A stretch of DNA of 64,000 nt. Origin: Heterodontus francisci (Eukaryota). This document shows, piece by piece, positions 52,280-63,724 of this stretch. Location of the stretch: positions 149,137,804 through 149,201,803 of the forward strand of contig NC_090374.1 in assembly GCF_036365525.1 (NCBI RefSeq), in the 5' to 3' direction. The notes beneath the pieces were generated by a model, which saw nothing but the letters and a program-made list of their open reading frames with translations, ran no database searches and was not told the DNA's origin. Numbering within the stretch: position 1 is the stretch's first letter; the number at the start of each line of letters is the position of its first letter. A program made the position numbers and the translations under genes.

Positions 52280-53585
52280 TTATTTTTATTCATTCATGGG
52301 ATGTGGGCGTCACTGGCTAGGCCAGCACTTACTGCCCATCCCTAATTGCCCTTAAGGTGCTGGTGAGCTGCCTTCTTGAACCGCTGCAGTCCATCTGGTG
52401 CGGGTACACCCACAGTGCTGTTAGGGAGGGAGTTCCTGGATTTTGATCCAGCAATAGTGAAGGAAGGGAGATATATTTCGACGTCAGGCTGGTGTGTGAC
52501 TTGGAAAGGAACTTGCAGGTGATGGTGTTCCCATGCAACTGCTGCCCATGTCCTTCGAGGTGGTAAAAGTCATAGGTTTGGAAGGTACTGTCAAAGGAGG
52601 CGTAGTAAGTTGCTACAGTGCATCTTGTATATGGTACACACTGCTGTCACTGTGCGTCAGTGGTGGAGGGAGTGAAGGTTAAAGGTGTTGGATAGATTGT
52701 CGATCAACTGAGCTGCTTTATCCTGAACAGTGTCAAGCTTCTTGAGTGTTGTTGGAGCTGCACTCATCCAGGCAGGTGGAGAGTATTCCATCACAATCCT
52801 GACTTGTGCCTTGTAGATGCTGGACAGGGTTTGGGGAGTCAAGAGGTGAATTACTTGCCTCAGAATTCCTAGCTTCCGACCTGCTCTTGCAGCCACAGTA
52901 TTTATGTGGCTGGTCCAGTTAATATTCTGGTCAATGGTATCCCCTAGGATGTTAATGGTGGAGGATTCAGTGATGGTAAAGCCATTGAATGTCAAGGGGA
53001 GATGGTTAGATTCTCTCTTGTCTGAGATGGTCATTGCCTGGCACTTGTGTGGCGCGAATGTTACTTGCCCCACTTATCAGCCCAAGCACGGATGTTGACT
53101 AGGTCTTGCTGCATGTGGAGACAGACTGCTTCAGTTTCTGAGGAGTCGCAATTGTACTGAACACTATGTAATCATCAACGAACATCCCTTCTTTTCACCT
53201 TACAATGGAGGAAAGGCCATTGGTAAAGCAGCTGAAGGTGGTTGGGCCAAGGACACTACCCTAAGGAACTCCTGCAGTGATGTCCTGGGGCTGAGATGTT
53301 TGGCCTCCAACAACCACAACCATCTTATATAGTAAAATAAAAGCAAAATACTGCAGATGCTGGAAATCTGAAATCTGAACCATAACCATCTTCCTTTGTG
53401 CTAGATATGACTCCAACCAGTAGTGAGTTTTGCTCCTATTCCCATTGACTTCAATTTGGCTAGGGCCTCTTGATGCCACACTAGGTCAAAAGCTGCCTTG
53501 ATGTCAAGGGCAGTCACTCTCATCTCACCTCTTGATCAGCTCTCTTGTCCTTGTTTGGACCAAGGCTGTAATGAGGTCTAGAGCC
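52280..53585 (-). mobile_element. 5'-truncated CR1-group LINE (35147-38085 family) containing a 51-bp Penelope 3'-tip insert at 53327-53377
   Basis: RT C-terminal ORF 52657-53073; insert flanked by aacca(c/t)aaccatctt. Confidence 0.88.
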
Positions 53586-54937
53586 GATTAGAATCAGCAC
53601 CTTACTGTATAAACACCAGAATCCTACTCTGCAATCAGCATCATCCTACTATAAAATCAACAGCATCCTACTGTATAATTTCATTATCTTACTGTATCAT
53701 CACCAGCATCCTACTGTACAAACAGAAACAGCCACAGATGTGAATCCAGGATGTTATGTTGCCTCCCTAGTGCCTGGACCAAGGATGTCACTGAGCAGCT
53801 ACAGAGCACCCTGGTGGAAGGGTGAACAGTCAGAGGTTGTGATCCATATCAGAACCAAAACCATAAATAGAAAGAGGGATGAGGTTCTACAGGTAGATTT
53901 TAGGGAGCTAGGAAGACGACTAGCCTGCAGGGCCTCAAAGGTTCTAATCTCCAGGTTACTCCTGATGCCACGTGCTACTGTTTTTGGGGGAGATGGGACC
54001 TGTACAAGCCAGATGGGTTGCACCTCAACAGAGCTGGGTCCATTATCTTCACAGCGCAGTGCTGTTGGGGTGGAATTAAACTAATTTGGCAGGAAGATGA
54101 GAACCAGGATGTAGCATTAGAAAGCAGAATCAAGGTGCACAAAGGATTGGGAGACACAGACAGCACTAAAGTAAGAAATGGTAGGCTTTAGGTGGGGCAG
54201 ACTAAGAGGGAATGCACTAAGGTTGAGGTTAAGTTTGCAGTGCATGTATGTAAACACACAAAGCATAGTAAATAAGGTTGGTGATGTACAGGCTCAGATA
54301 GCCACATCGGAATATGTTGTTGTGGCAATAATGTAGATCAGGTTCAAAGAAGGGCCGGATTGAGTACCAAATATTCCTGGATGCAAGGTGTTCAGGAAAG
54401 ATAAGGAAGGAAAGAAAGCAGGACTATTGATTACAGTACTGGAAAGAGAGGATGTCCTGGAGAGGTCAAGAACAAAATCGCTTTGGTTAGCGTTAAACAA
54501 CAGAGATACCATTACACTCGGGTGCATTCTATAGGTCAGCAACTAGTGGAAAAGATATAGAGGAGCAAATTTGCAGGGAAATTACAGAGAGGTGCAAAAA
54601 CTATAGAGTAGTGATAATAGGGGATTTTAAATATCCTAATATAAACTGGGATAGTAATAGTGTAAAGGGCAGAGAGGGGGAATAGTTTCTGAAGTGTATT
54701 CAGGAGAAAGTTTTGATCAGTACATTTATAGCCCAATGAGGAAGGAGGCATTGCTGAATCTGGTTCTGGGGAATGAGGTGGGTCAAGTGGATCAAGTGTC
54801 AGTAGGGAAAGATTTCAGGAAGAGTTATCATAATATCATAAGGTTTAGGTTGTTAATTGTGTTTAATTGTATGCAGGTGGTGGGCATTAACTGGAAATTC
54901 ACATGTACCCCTTTAATAAGCACGACTAAAACTGTGG

Positions 54938-57306
54938 CTCACAAACAAGAAATGCTGGAAATACTCAGAAGGTCTGGCAGTATCTGTGGAGAGAGAAGCA
55001 CAGCTAACATTTCAGGTCAGTGACCCTTCATCAGAACTGGCAGATATTAACAATGTAAAAGGTTTTAAGCAAGTAAAGCGGGGGTGGGGGGGTGTGAGGG
55101 GCAAGAGATAACAAAAGAGAAGGTGTGGATAGGACAATGTCACAGAAAATAACTGACTAGAAGGTCATGGAGCAAAGGCAAACAGTATGTAAATGGTGTG
55201 CTCAAAGACAAAGCATTAGTGCACATAGGGTGTTAATGGACAGAAAACCGAGCACCCTGGACAGCCCGCTTCTACCTCCTTTCCAAAATCCACAAACAGG
55301 ATTGTCCCGGCAGACCCATTGTTTCAGCCTGTTCCTGCCCCACTGAACTTATTTCTTCCTATCTTGACTCTATTTTTTCTCCCCTGGTCCAGTCTCTTCC
55401 CACCTCCGTGACTCTTCTGACACTCTACGTCATTTTGACAATTTCCAGTTTCCTGGCCCCAACCGCCTCCTCTTCACTATGGACGTCCAATTTCTCTACA
55501 CCTCCATTCCCCACCAGGATGGTTTGAGGGCTCTCTGCTTCCTCCTTGAACAGAGGCCCAACCAGTCCCCATCCACCACCACCCTCCTCCGCCTGGCTGA
55601 ACTTGTTCTCACATTGAACAACCTCTCCTTCAACTCCACTCACTTCCTTCAAGTAAAAGGTGTTGTTATGGGTACCCACATGGGTCCTAGGTATGCCTGT
55701 CTTTTTGTGGAATACATTGAACATTCCTTGTTCCAGTCCTACTCAGGCCCCCTCCCCCACCTCTTTTTCCGGTACATTGATGACTGTATCGGTGCCCTTT
55801 CCTGCTCCTGCCCGGAACTGGAAAACTTTATCAACTTTGCTTCTAATTTCCACCCTTCTCTCACCTTTACATGGTCCATCTCACACACTTCCCTTCCCTT
55901 TCTCGACTTCCTTGTCTCCATCTCTGAGGATAGGCTGTCTACTAATATCCATTATAAGCCCACCGACTCCCACAGCTACCTCGACTACACTTCTTCACAC
56001 CCTGCCTCCTGTAAGGACTCCATTCCATTCTCCCAGTTTCTCTGTCTCTGACACATCTGCTCTGATGATGCTACCTTCCATGACAATGCTTCTGATATGT
56101 CTTCCTTGTTCCTCAACCAAGGATTCCCCCCACTGTGGTTAACAGGGCCCTCAACCGTGTCCAGCCCATTTCCCCCACCTCTACCCTCACCCCTTCCCCT
56201 CCCTCCCAGAACCGCGACAGGATTCCCCTTGTCCTCACTTTCCACCCCATCAGCTTCCACATCCAAAGGATCATCCTGCGCCATTTCCGCACCTCCAGCG
56301 TGATGCCACTACCGAATGCATCTTCCCCTCCCTTCCCCTGTCAGCATTCCGAAGGGATCGTTCCCTCTGCGACACCCTGGGTCCGCTCCTCCATTACCCC
56401 CACCACCTCGACCTCTTCCCACGGCACCTTCCCCTGCAATCGCAGGAGGTGTAATACCTGCCCATTTACCTCCTCTCTCCTCACTATCCAAGGCCCCAAA
56501 CGCTCCTTTCAGGTGAAGCAGTGATTTACTTATACTTCTTTCAATGTAGTATACTGTATTCGCTGCTCGCAATGTGGTTTCCTCTACATTGGGGAGACCA
56601 AATGCAGACTGGGTGACCACTTTGCGGTACACCTCCACACCTCCACTCAGTCCGAAAGCATGACCTCGAGCTTCCGGTTGCTTGCCATTTCAACACTCCC
56701 CTTTGCTCTCATGCTCACATCTCTGTCCTTGGATTGCTGCAGTGTTCCAGTGAACATCAACGCAAGCTTGAGGAACAGCATCTGATTTACCGATTAGGCA
56801 CACTGCAGCCTGCCGGACTGAACATTGAGTTCAATAATTTCAGAGCATGACGGGCCCCCCTTTTTATTTTTAGTTATTTTTTTCTTTTTTTGTGTGTGTT
56901 TATTTTATTTTTGTTTGTTTCTACTGTGCCTACCCACTGTATTTTTTCTTGTTTGTGCTTGGGGCCAGGCTGCTCAGTTTTCTGTCCATTAACACCCTCT
57001 CTGTACTAACTATTTGTCTTTCAGCACACCATTAATATACCATTTGCCTTTGCTGCATGACCTTCTGGTCAGTTATTCTCTGTGACCTTGTTCTATCAAC
57101 ACCTCTTTTGTTATCTCTTGCCCCACTCCCGCTTTACTCGCTTGAAACCTTTTACATTTCTAATATCTGCCAGTTCTGATGAAGGGTCACTGACCTGAAA
57201 CATTAACTCTGCTTCTCTCTCCACAGATGCTGCCAGACCTGCTGAGTATTTCCAGCATTTCTTCTTTGTGTTTCAGATTTCCAGCATCCGCAGTATTTTG
57301 CTTTTA
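54938..57306 (+). mobile_element. Penelope-like retroelement: 5'-truncated RT + GIY-YIG, with inverted 5' pLTR copy
   Basis: [38 protein letters not shown]; C..RRCNTC; VVYCIRCSQCGFLYIGETK; stop at 56850. 54941-~55250 is the reverse complement of ~56970-57270. 11-bp TSD taaaactgtgg. Confidence 0.95.
57172..57208 (+). ncRNA. Minimal type I hammerhead ribozyme in the pLTR (inverted twin at ~55003-55038, minus)
   Basis: agtt-CTGATGA-a-gggtc/act/gacct-GAAAC-att-aact: stem I agtt/aact, stem II, vestigial helix III, as known for Penelope pLTRs. Confidence 0.8.
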
Positions 57307-57427
57307 TAAAACTGTGGTTGTTGGGTTCAGATGTTTGTAATGTATAACTCTGTAAATAAATGCTTATAAAGGTGTGTAAAGATTGGTTCCAGTTCTATCC
57401 TTTACCAACTGGCTTTCTGGAGCATAA

Positions 57428-57670
57428 AAACAGAAAATACAGCAAATACTCAGGTCAGGCAGCCTCTGGGGAGAGAGAAGGAGTTAACATTTCAGATCAA
57501 TGGCCTTTCCTCAGAACAAAGGTGTAACATTTGCAGCTTGTTCAGATGAAAGGTCATCAACCTGAAATATTAACTCTGTTGCTCTCTCCACAGATGCTGC
57601 CTGACCTGAATAGTTCTAGCGTTTTCTGTTTTTATTTCAGATTGCCAGCATCCACAGTATTTTGCTTTAG
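57428..57670. mobile_element. ORF-less Penelope remnant: two inverted pLTR pieces
   Basis: 57428-57517 is the approximate reverse complement of 57540-57632. Confidence 0.8.
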
Positions 57671-57891
57671 CGTTTCTACAGTATAACATAGATTAACTAT
57701 GTAAAATGACAAGCAGCATCCTAGAGTAAAAATATTTAATTGGAGAAGGGCCGATTTCGGTGGAATGAGAGCAGATCTGTCTTAGGTAAATGTCTTTAAA
57801 GAGGATATCATTCAGGCACAGTTCAGGAGCATTCTCACGAGATGGGAAGGTAGGGGAAACAAAGCCAGAGCTCCCTGATGATGAAAGAGAT

Positions 57892-58530
57892 ATGCCGAAG
57901 TGAATAACTTCACACTTCCCTATATTATACTCCATCTGCCATCTTGTTGTCTATATCACTTTGCAGCCTCTCTGTGTCCTCCCCACAGCTTACCTTTCCA
58001 CCTATCTTTGCATCATCGGCAAACTTAGATACATTACTCTCTGTCTCGTTATCCAAGTCATTGACAGAAATGGTTCCAGGGATGAGGGACTTCAGTTATG
58101 TGGATAGCTAGAGAACCTAGGGCTGTTCTCCTTAGATAAGGTTGACAGGAGATTTGATCTAGAGGTTCAAAATCATGAGGGGTCTAGACAGAGTAGATAG
58201 AAAGAAACTGTTCCCATTGGTGGAAGGATTGAGAACCAGAGGACACAGATTTAAGGTGATTGGCAAAAGAACTGATGGCAACATGAGGAAAAACTGTTTT
58301 ACGCAGCAAATGGTTAGGATCTGACGTGTACTTTCTGAAATTGTGATGAAGGCAGATTCAACTATGGCTTTCAAAAGAGAATTGACTAAACACCTGAAGA
58401 GAAAAAATCTGCAGGGCTATGGGGAAAGGGCAGGGGAGAAAGACTAGCTTAGTTACTCTCACAGAGAGTCAGCACAGACACGACGGGCCAAAAAGCCTCC
58501 TTCTATACTTTAACCATTCTATAATTCTAT
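57892..58530. mobile_element. CR1 fragments (minus ~57892-58062; plus-strand 3' end ~58065-58530)
   Basis: SKFADD / MEYNIGKCEVIHFG on minus; CR1 3' end with (attct)n-like tail on plus. Confidence 0.75.
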
Positions 58531-61043
58531 AATCAGCATCATTTTACTATGAAATCACCAGCATCCTGATGTACAAACAGCATCACCTCACAGTATAATC
58601 TTACTGTATGACCATCATCTTACTGTATAACCAGCATAATTTAATGTAAAATCCCCAGCATCCTACTGTATAAACAGCGTCATCTTACAGTAAAAACACA
58701 AGCATCCCATTGTACAATCAGCAACACAGCACGGTAAATCATCAGCATCATTGAATATCAGCAGCCTTTTACTGTGAAATCAGCATAATTTTAGTGTATA
58801 ATCACAAACATCTTACTATATAAGAATCATTTTACTGTAAACTCACCAGCATCATACTGTATAATTACCATCATCTTGCAGCAAAATCACCAGCATCCTA
58901 CTCTGAATCCCCAGCATGCCACAGTAACTAAGCATCATTCTACTCTAAAATCAGAAGCAGCTTACTGTACAATCAGCACCATCTTACTGCATAATCAGTA
59001 TCATCCAACTGTGATGGTAGTGAATTTCTTGAGTGTGTCCAGAATTGTTTTCTGCAAGAATATATCTGAGAACCAATATGGGGTAGGCCATATTAGATTT
59101 AGAAATGAGGAATGGGCCAGATTTAGATATTAGACTAAAGCTGCTAATAGTGATCATAATATGGTTTAGTTCAACATAGCATTTGAAAGGGAGAAACATG
59201 AAGCAGCTACTAAGGTTCTAGATTTAGGTAAGGCTGACTTCACTGCTATGAGGCAGAGACTGTCCACTGTAAACTGGACAAATCTGTTAATGGATAAAAT
59301 GGCAGAAGATCAGGTAAAGATGTTCAAAAAAGAACCAGTATATACTCCTAATGGGCAAGAGATTTACTTGCCAAAAAATACAGCCGTGGATCACTAAAGT
59401 GGTCACAGACATAAAAGTAAAAGAAAAGGTATAGAAAAATGCAAAAAAAAGGGCAGATTCTGGTGAATAAAAAAAATACAAAGAGCAACAATGGGTGAAA
59501 AGCGGATAGTAAGAACTACAAAAAGGAAATATGAAAAGAAACTTGCAAGGAATATCAAAATCAACATTAAAAAACTTTTACAATTACATTAGGAAAAAGA
59601 GGGTGGTCAGAAGCAATGAGGGCCCCTTGAAAACTGGTAAGTCATCAATAAAAATAAGGAAATGGCAGACACACTGAACAATTAGTTTGTTTCAGTATTC
59701 ATAGTACAGGAAGAGGGCAGCATGCCAGACATCTGAAGGAACATATTATTGAATCTGGGACAGGAACACAACAAAATTAACATAAGCAAGATAACAGAAA
59801 TGGAGAAATTGATGGAGCTAAAGAGCAACAAATCCCCAGGACCAGATGGTTTCCTCCAAGGGATATAAAAGAAATAGGTGAGAACATTGCAGATGCCAGA
59901 AATATAATCTTCCAAAGTTCTCGCAATTTGGGAACTGTTTGTTTAGATTGTAGAATTGTGCATGTCACTCCGCTATTTTTAAGAAAGGTGACACAGGGAA
60001 ACCAGGGAATTATAGACCAGTTAGCCTAACATTTGTTGTAAGGAAATAGCTTGAGTCTGTAATTAAGGATAGGGTGACTGAACACCTTAAACATTTTCAG
60101 CTGATCAGAGAGAGCCAGCATGGATTTGTAAAGGGTAGGTCATGTCTGACAAATCTGATTGGTATTTTTTGAAAAGGTGACTGAAGTAGCAAACAGGGAA
60201 ATGTCTATGGATGTTCTTTATATGGATATCCAGAATACATTTGATAAAGTCCCTCATAAAAGACTATCAGCTAAAGTTGAAACTCATGGAATTGAAGCCA
60301 AATTATTGACCTGATTAGGAAATTAGCTGAGTGGAAGGAGACAGAGAATAAGGATAATGAGCAGGTTCTTTAATTGGCAGGATGTGACTAGCGGCATCCC
60401 ACAAGGATCTATGTTGGGGCCTCAACTATTCACTGTAATCACTGACGATTTTGATGATGGGATAGAAAGCCACATATCCAAATTTGCTGATGGTACAAAG
60501 ATAGGTGGCATTGTAAGCAGTGTAAATGGAAGCATAAAGATTAAGTGTATGGGTAAAAATGTGGCAAAATGGATTTCAATGTAGGCAAATATGAGGCCCT
60601 CCACTTTGGACATAAAAATAACAGAACAGGGCATTTTCTAAATGGTGAAAAGCTAGAAACAGTAGAGGTGCAAAGAGACTTCGATGTCCGGTACACAGAT
60701 CATTAAATGTCATGAACGGGTACAGAAAATAATCAAAAAGCCTAATGGAAAGATGTCCTTTATATCTATAGGAATAGAATGCAAGTGAGTAGAAGTCATT
60801 CTGCAGTTATACAAAGCTCTCGTCAGACCACACCTGTGAGCAGTCCTGGACACCACGCCTTAGAAAGGATATATTAGCGTTGAGGAGGGGGGTCAGTTGG
60901 GGGGGGGGGGGCAGAGTGCTGTATACATTTACCAGAATGATACCTGGATTCCAAGGGTTAAATTATGAGGAGAGATTACACAAAAATCCCTGGAATTTCA
61001 AAGGTTAAGGGGTGATTTGATCAAAGTATTAAGAGGATTAAGA

Positions 61044-63665
61044 GGGCAGAGACTGCTTGAGTTGTGTACCTATCATAACCTCTGCATCACCAACTCGTTC
61101 TTTCACACTAAACCCTGTCACCAGGTTTCATGGAGGCACCCAAGATCACGTCGTTGGCACCAGCTAGACCTCATTGTCACAAGGCGAGCCGCCTTAAACA
61201 GTGTTCAAATCACACGCAGCTTCCACAGTGCGGACTGCGACACCGACCACTCCCTGGTGTGCAGCAAGGTTAGACTCAGACCAAAGAAGTTGCATCATTC
61301 CAAGCAGAAGGGCCACCCGCGCATCAACACGACCAGAATTTCTCACCCACAGCTGTTACAAAAATTTCTAAATTCACTTGTAACAGCCCTTCAAAACACT
61401 CCCACAGGGGATGCTGAGACCAAGTGGGCCCACATCAGAGACGCCATCTATGAGTCAGCTTTGACCACCTACGGCAAAAGTGCGAAGAGAAATGCAGACT
61501 GGTTTCAATCTCATAATGAAGAGCTGGAACCTGTCATAGCCGCTAAGCGCATTGCACTTTTGAACTACAAGAAAGCCCCCAGCGATTTAACATCCGCAGC
61601 ACTTAAAGCAGCCAGAAGTACTGCACAAAGAACAGCTAGGCGTTGCGCAAACGACTACTGGCAACACCTATGCAGTCATATTCAGCTGGCCTCAGACACC
61701 GGAAACATCAGAGGAATGTATGATGGCATGAAGAGAGCTCTTGGGCCAACCATCAAGAAGATCACCCCCCTCAAATCTAAATCGGGGGACATAATCACTG
61801 ACCAACGCAAACAGATGGACCGCTGGGTTGAGCACTACCTAGAACTGTACTCCAGGGAGAATGCTGTCACTGAGACTGCCCTCAATGCAGCCCAGCCTCT
61901 ACCAGTCATGGATGAGCTGGACATACAGCCAACCAAATCGGAACTCAGTGATGCCATTGATTCCCTAGCCAGCGGAAAAGCCCCTGGGAAGGACAGCATT
62001 ACCCCTGAAATAATCAAGAGTGCCAAGCCTGCTATACTCTCAGCACTACATGAACTGCTATGCCTGTGCTGGGACGAGGGAGCAGTACCCCAGGACATGC
62101 GCGATGCCAACATCATCACCCTCTATAAAAACAAAGGTGACCGCGGTGACTGCAACAACTACCGTGGAATCTCCCTGCTCAGCATAGTGGGGAAAGTCTT
62201 TGCTCGAGTCGCTCTGAACAGGCTCCAGAAGCTGGCCGAGCGCGTCTACCCTGAGGCACAGTGTGGCTTTCGTGCAGAGAGATCGACTATTGACATGCTG
62301 TTCTCCCTTCGTCAGATACAGGAGAAATGCCGTGAACAACAGATGCCCCTCTACATTGCTTTCATTGATCTCACCAAAGCCTTTGACCTCGTCAGCAGAC
62401 GTGGTCTCTTCAGACTACTAGAAAAGATCGGATGTCCACCAAAGCTACTAAGTATCATCACCTCATTCCATGACAATATGAAAGGCACAATTCAACATGG
62501 TGGCTCCTCATCAGAGCCCTTTCCTATCCTGAGTGGTGTGAAACAGGGCTGTGTTCTCGCACCCACACTTTTTGGGATTTTCTTCTCCCTGCTGCTTTCA
62601 CATGCGTTCAAATCCTCTGAAGAAGGAATTTTCCTCCACACAAGATCAGGGGGCAGGTTGTTCAACCTTGCCCGTCTAAGAGCGAAGTCCAAAGTACGGA
62701 AAGTCCTCATCAGAGAACTCCTCTTTGCTGACGATGCTGCTTTAACATCTCACACTGAAGAATGCCTGCAGAGTCTCATCGACAGGTTTGCGTCTGCCTG
62801 CAATGAATTTGGCCTAACCATCAGCCTCAAGAAAACGAACATCATGGGGCAGGATGTCAGAAATGCTCCATCCATCAATATTGGCGACCACGCTCTGGAA
62901 GTGGTTCAAGAGTTCACCTACCTAGGCTCAACTATCACCAGTAACCTGTCTCTAGATGCAGAAATCAACAAGCGCATGGGTAAGGCTTCCACTGCTATGT
63001 CCAGACTGGCCAAGAGAGTGTGGGAAAATGGCGCACTGACACGGAACACAAAAGTCCGAGTGTATCAGGCCTGTGTCCTCAGTACCTTGCTCTACGGCAG
63101 CGAGGCCTGGACAACGTATGCCAGCCAAGAGCGACGTCTCAATTCATTCCATCTTCGCTGCCTTCGGAGAATACTTGGCATCAGGTGGCAGGACTATATC
63201 TCCAACACAGAAGTCCTTGAAGCGGCCAACATCCCCAGCTTATACACACTACTGAGTCAGCGGCGCTTGAGATGGCTTGGCCATGTGAGCCGCATGGAAG
63301 ATGGCAGGATCCCCAAAGACACATTGTACAGTGAGCTCGCCACTGGTATCAGACCCACCGGCCGTCCATGTCTCCGTTATAAAGACGTCTGCAAACGCGA
63401 CATGAAATCGTGTGACATTGATCACAAGTCGTGGGAGTCAGTTGCCAGCATTCGCCAGAGCTGGCGGGCAGCCATAAAGACAGGGCTAAATTGTGGCGAG
63501 TCGAAGAGACTTAGTAGTTGGCAGGAAAAAAGACAGAGGCGCAAGGGGAGAGCCAACTGTGCAACAGCCCCAACAAACAAATTTCTCTGCAGCACCTGTG
63601 GAAGAGCCTGTCACTCCAGAATTGGCCTTTATAGCCACTCCAGGCGCTGCTTCACAAACCACTGA
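61044..63665 (+). CDS. RTE polyprotein: partial APE endonuclease, RT and C-terminal C2H2-like finger; uninterrupted but lacking its N-terminus
   Basis: GQRLLELC..WRHPRS..LDLI..DTDHSLV; NYRGISLLS; FIDLTKAFD; GVKQGCVLAPTLF; LLFADD; FTYLGS; RRLRWLGHV.RM; CSTCGRACHSRIGLYSH. The called start at 61017 lies in flanking CR1 DNA. Confidence 0.95.
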   Translation, partial: GQRLLELCTYHNLCITNSFFHTKPCHQVSWRHPRSRRWHQLDLIVTRRAALNSVQITRSFHSADCDTDHSLVCSKVRLRPKKLHHSKQKGHPRINTTRISHPQLLQKFLNSLVTALQNTPTGDAETKWAHIRDAIYESALTTYGKSAKRNADWFQSHNEELEPVIAAKRIALLNYKKAPSDLTSAALKAARSTAQRTARRCANDYWQHLCSHIQLASDTGNIRGMYDGMKRALGPTIKKITPLKSKSGDIITDQRKQMDRWVEHYLELYSRENAVTETALNAAQPLPVMDELDIQPTKSELSDAIDSLASGKAPGKDSITPEIIKSAKPAILSALHELLCLCWDEGAVPQDMRDANIITLYKNKGDRGDCNNYRGISLLSIVGKVFARVALNRLQKLAERVYPEAQCGFRAERSTIDMLFSLRQIQEKCREQQMPLYIAFIDLTKAFDLVSRRGLFRLLEKIGCPPKLLSIITSFHDNMKGTIQHGGSSSEPFPILSGVKQGCVLAPTLFGIFFSLLLSHAFKSSEEGIFLHTRSGGRLFNLARLRAKSKVRKVLIRELLFADDAALTSHTEECLQSLIDRFASACNEFGLTISLKKTNIMGQDVRNAPSINIGDHALEVVQEFTYLGSTITSNLSLDAEINKRMGKASTAMSRLAKRVWENGALTRNTKVRVYQACVLSTLLYGSEAWTTYASQERRLNSFHLRCLRRILGIRWQDYISNTEVLEAANIPSLYTLLSQRRLRWLGHVSRMEDGRIPKDTLYSELATGIRPTGRPCLRYKDVCKRDMKSCDIDHKSWESVASIRQSWRAAIKTGLNCGESKRLSSWQEKRQRRKGRANCATAPTNKFLCSTCGRACHSRIGLYSHSRRCFTNH

Positions 63666-63724
63666 CCACCTCCAGGCGCGTATCCATTGTCTCTCGAGAT
63701 AAGGAGGCCCAAAAGAAGAAAGAA
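61044..63724 (+). mobile_element. Young 5'-truncated RTE-clade LINE
   Basis: TSD attaagagga at 61028-61037 and 63725-63734; short 3'UTR with a (gaa)-type tail. Confidence 0.95.

Larger units (their letters stand above)
54851..57688 (+). mobile_element. Solo LTR of the Copia family, split by two Penelope insertions
   Basis: 54851-54937 and 57318-57427 align with the LTR at 3080-3273; ends TG...TATAACA; 5-bp TSD taggt / tagat. Confidence 0.82.
53740..57890 (+). mobile_element. CR1 5' portion (ORF1 esterase + endonuclease), split at 54850/57689
   Basis: DFRELGRRL..RASKV.IS.LL.PRA; DGLHLNRAG; VVIIGDFKYPNINW; ALLNLVLGNE...HNIIRFRL continuing after the LTR. Confidence 0.8.
51176..59010 (+). repeat. 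Degenerate ~20-bp minisatellite (catcttactgtacaatcacc[ag]) in four blocks: ~51176-51830, 52205-52280, 53590-53725, 58530-59010
   Basis: The unit recurs dozens of times; blocks are separated by TE insertions. Confidence 0.85.

Noticed and set aside
61017-61043. N-terminus MIKVLRGLR of the 882-aa ORF
   Set aside because: Non-ATG start in flanking CR1/TSD sequence; a chance in-frame extension of a truncated RTE.
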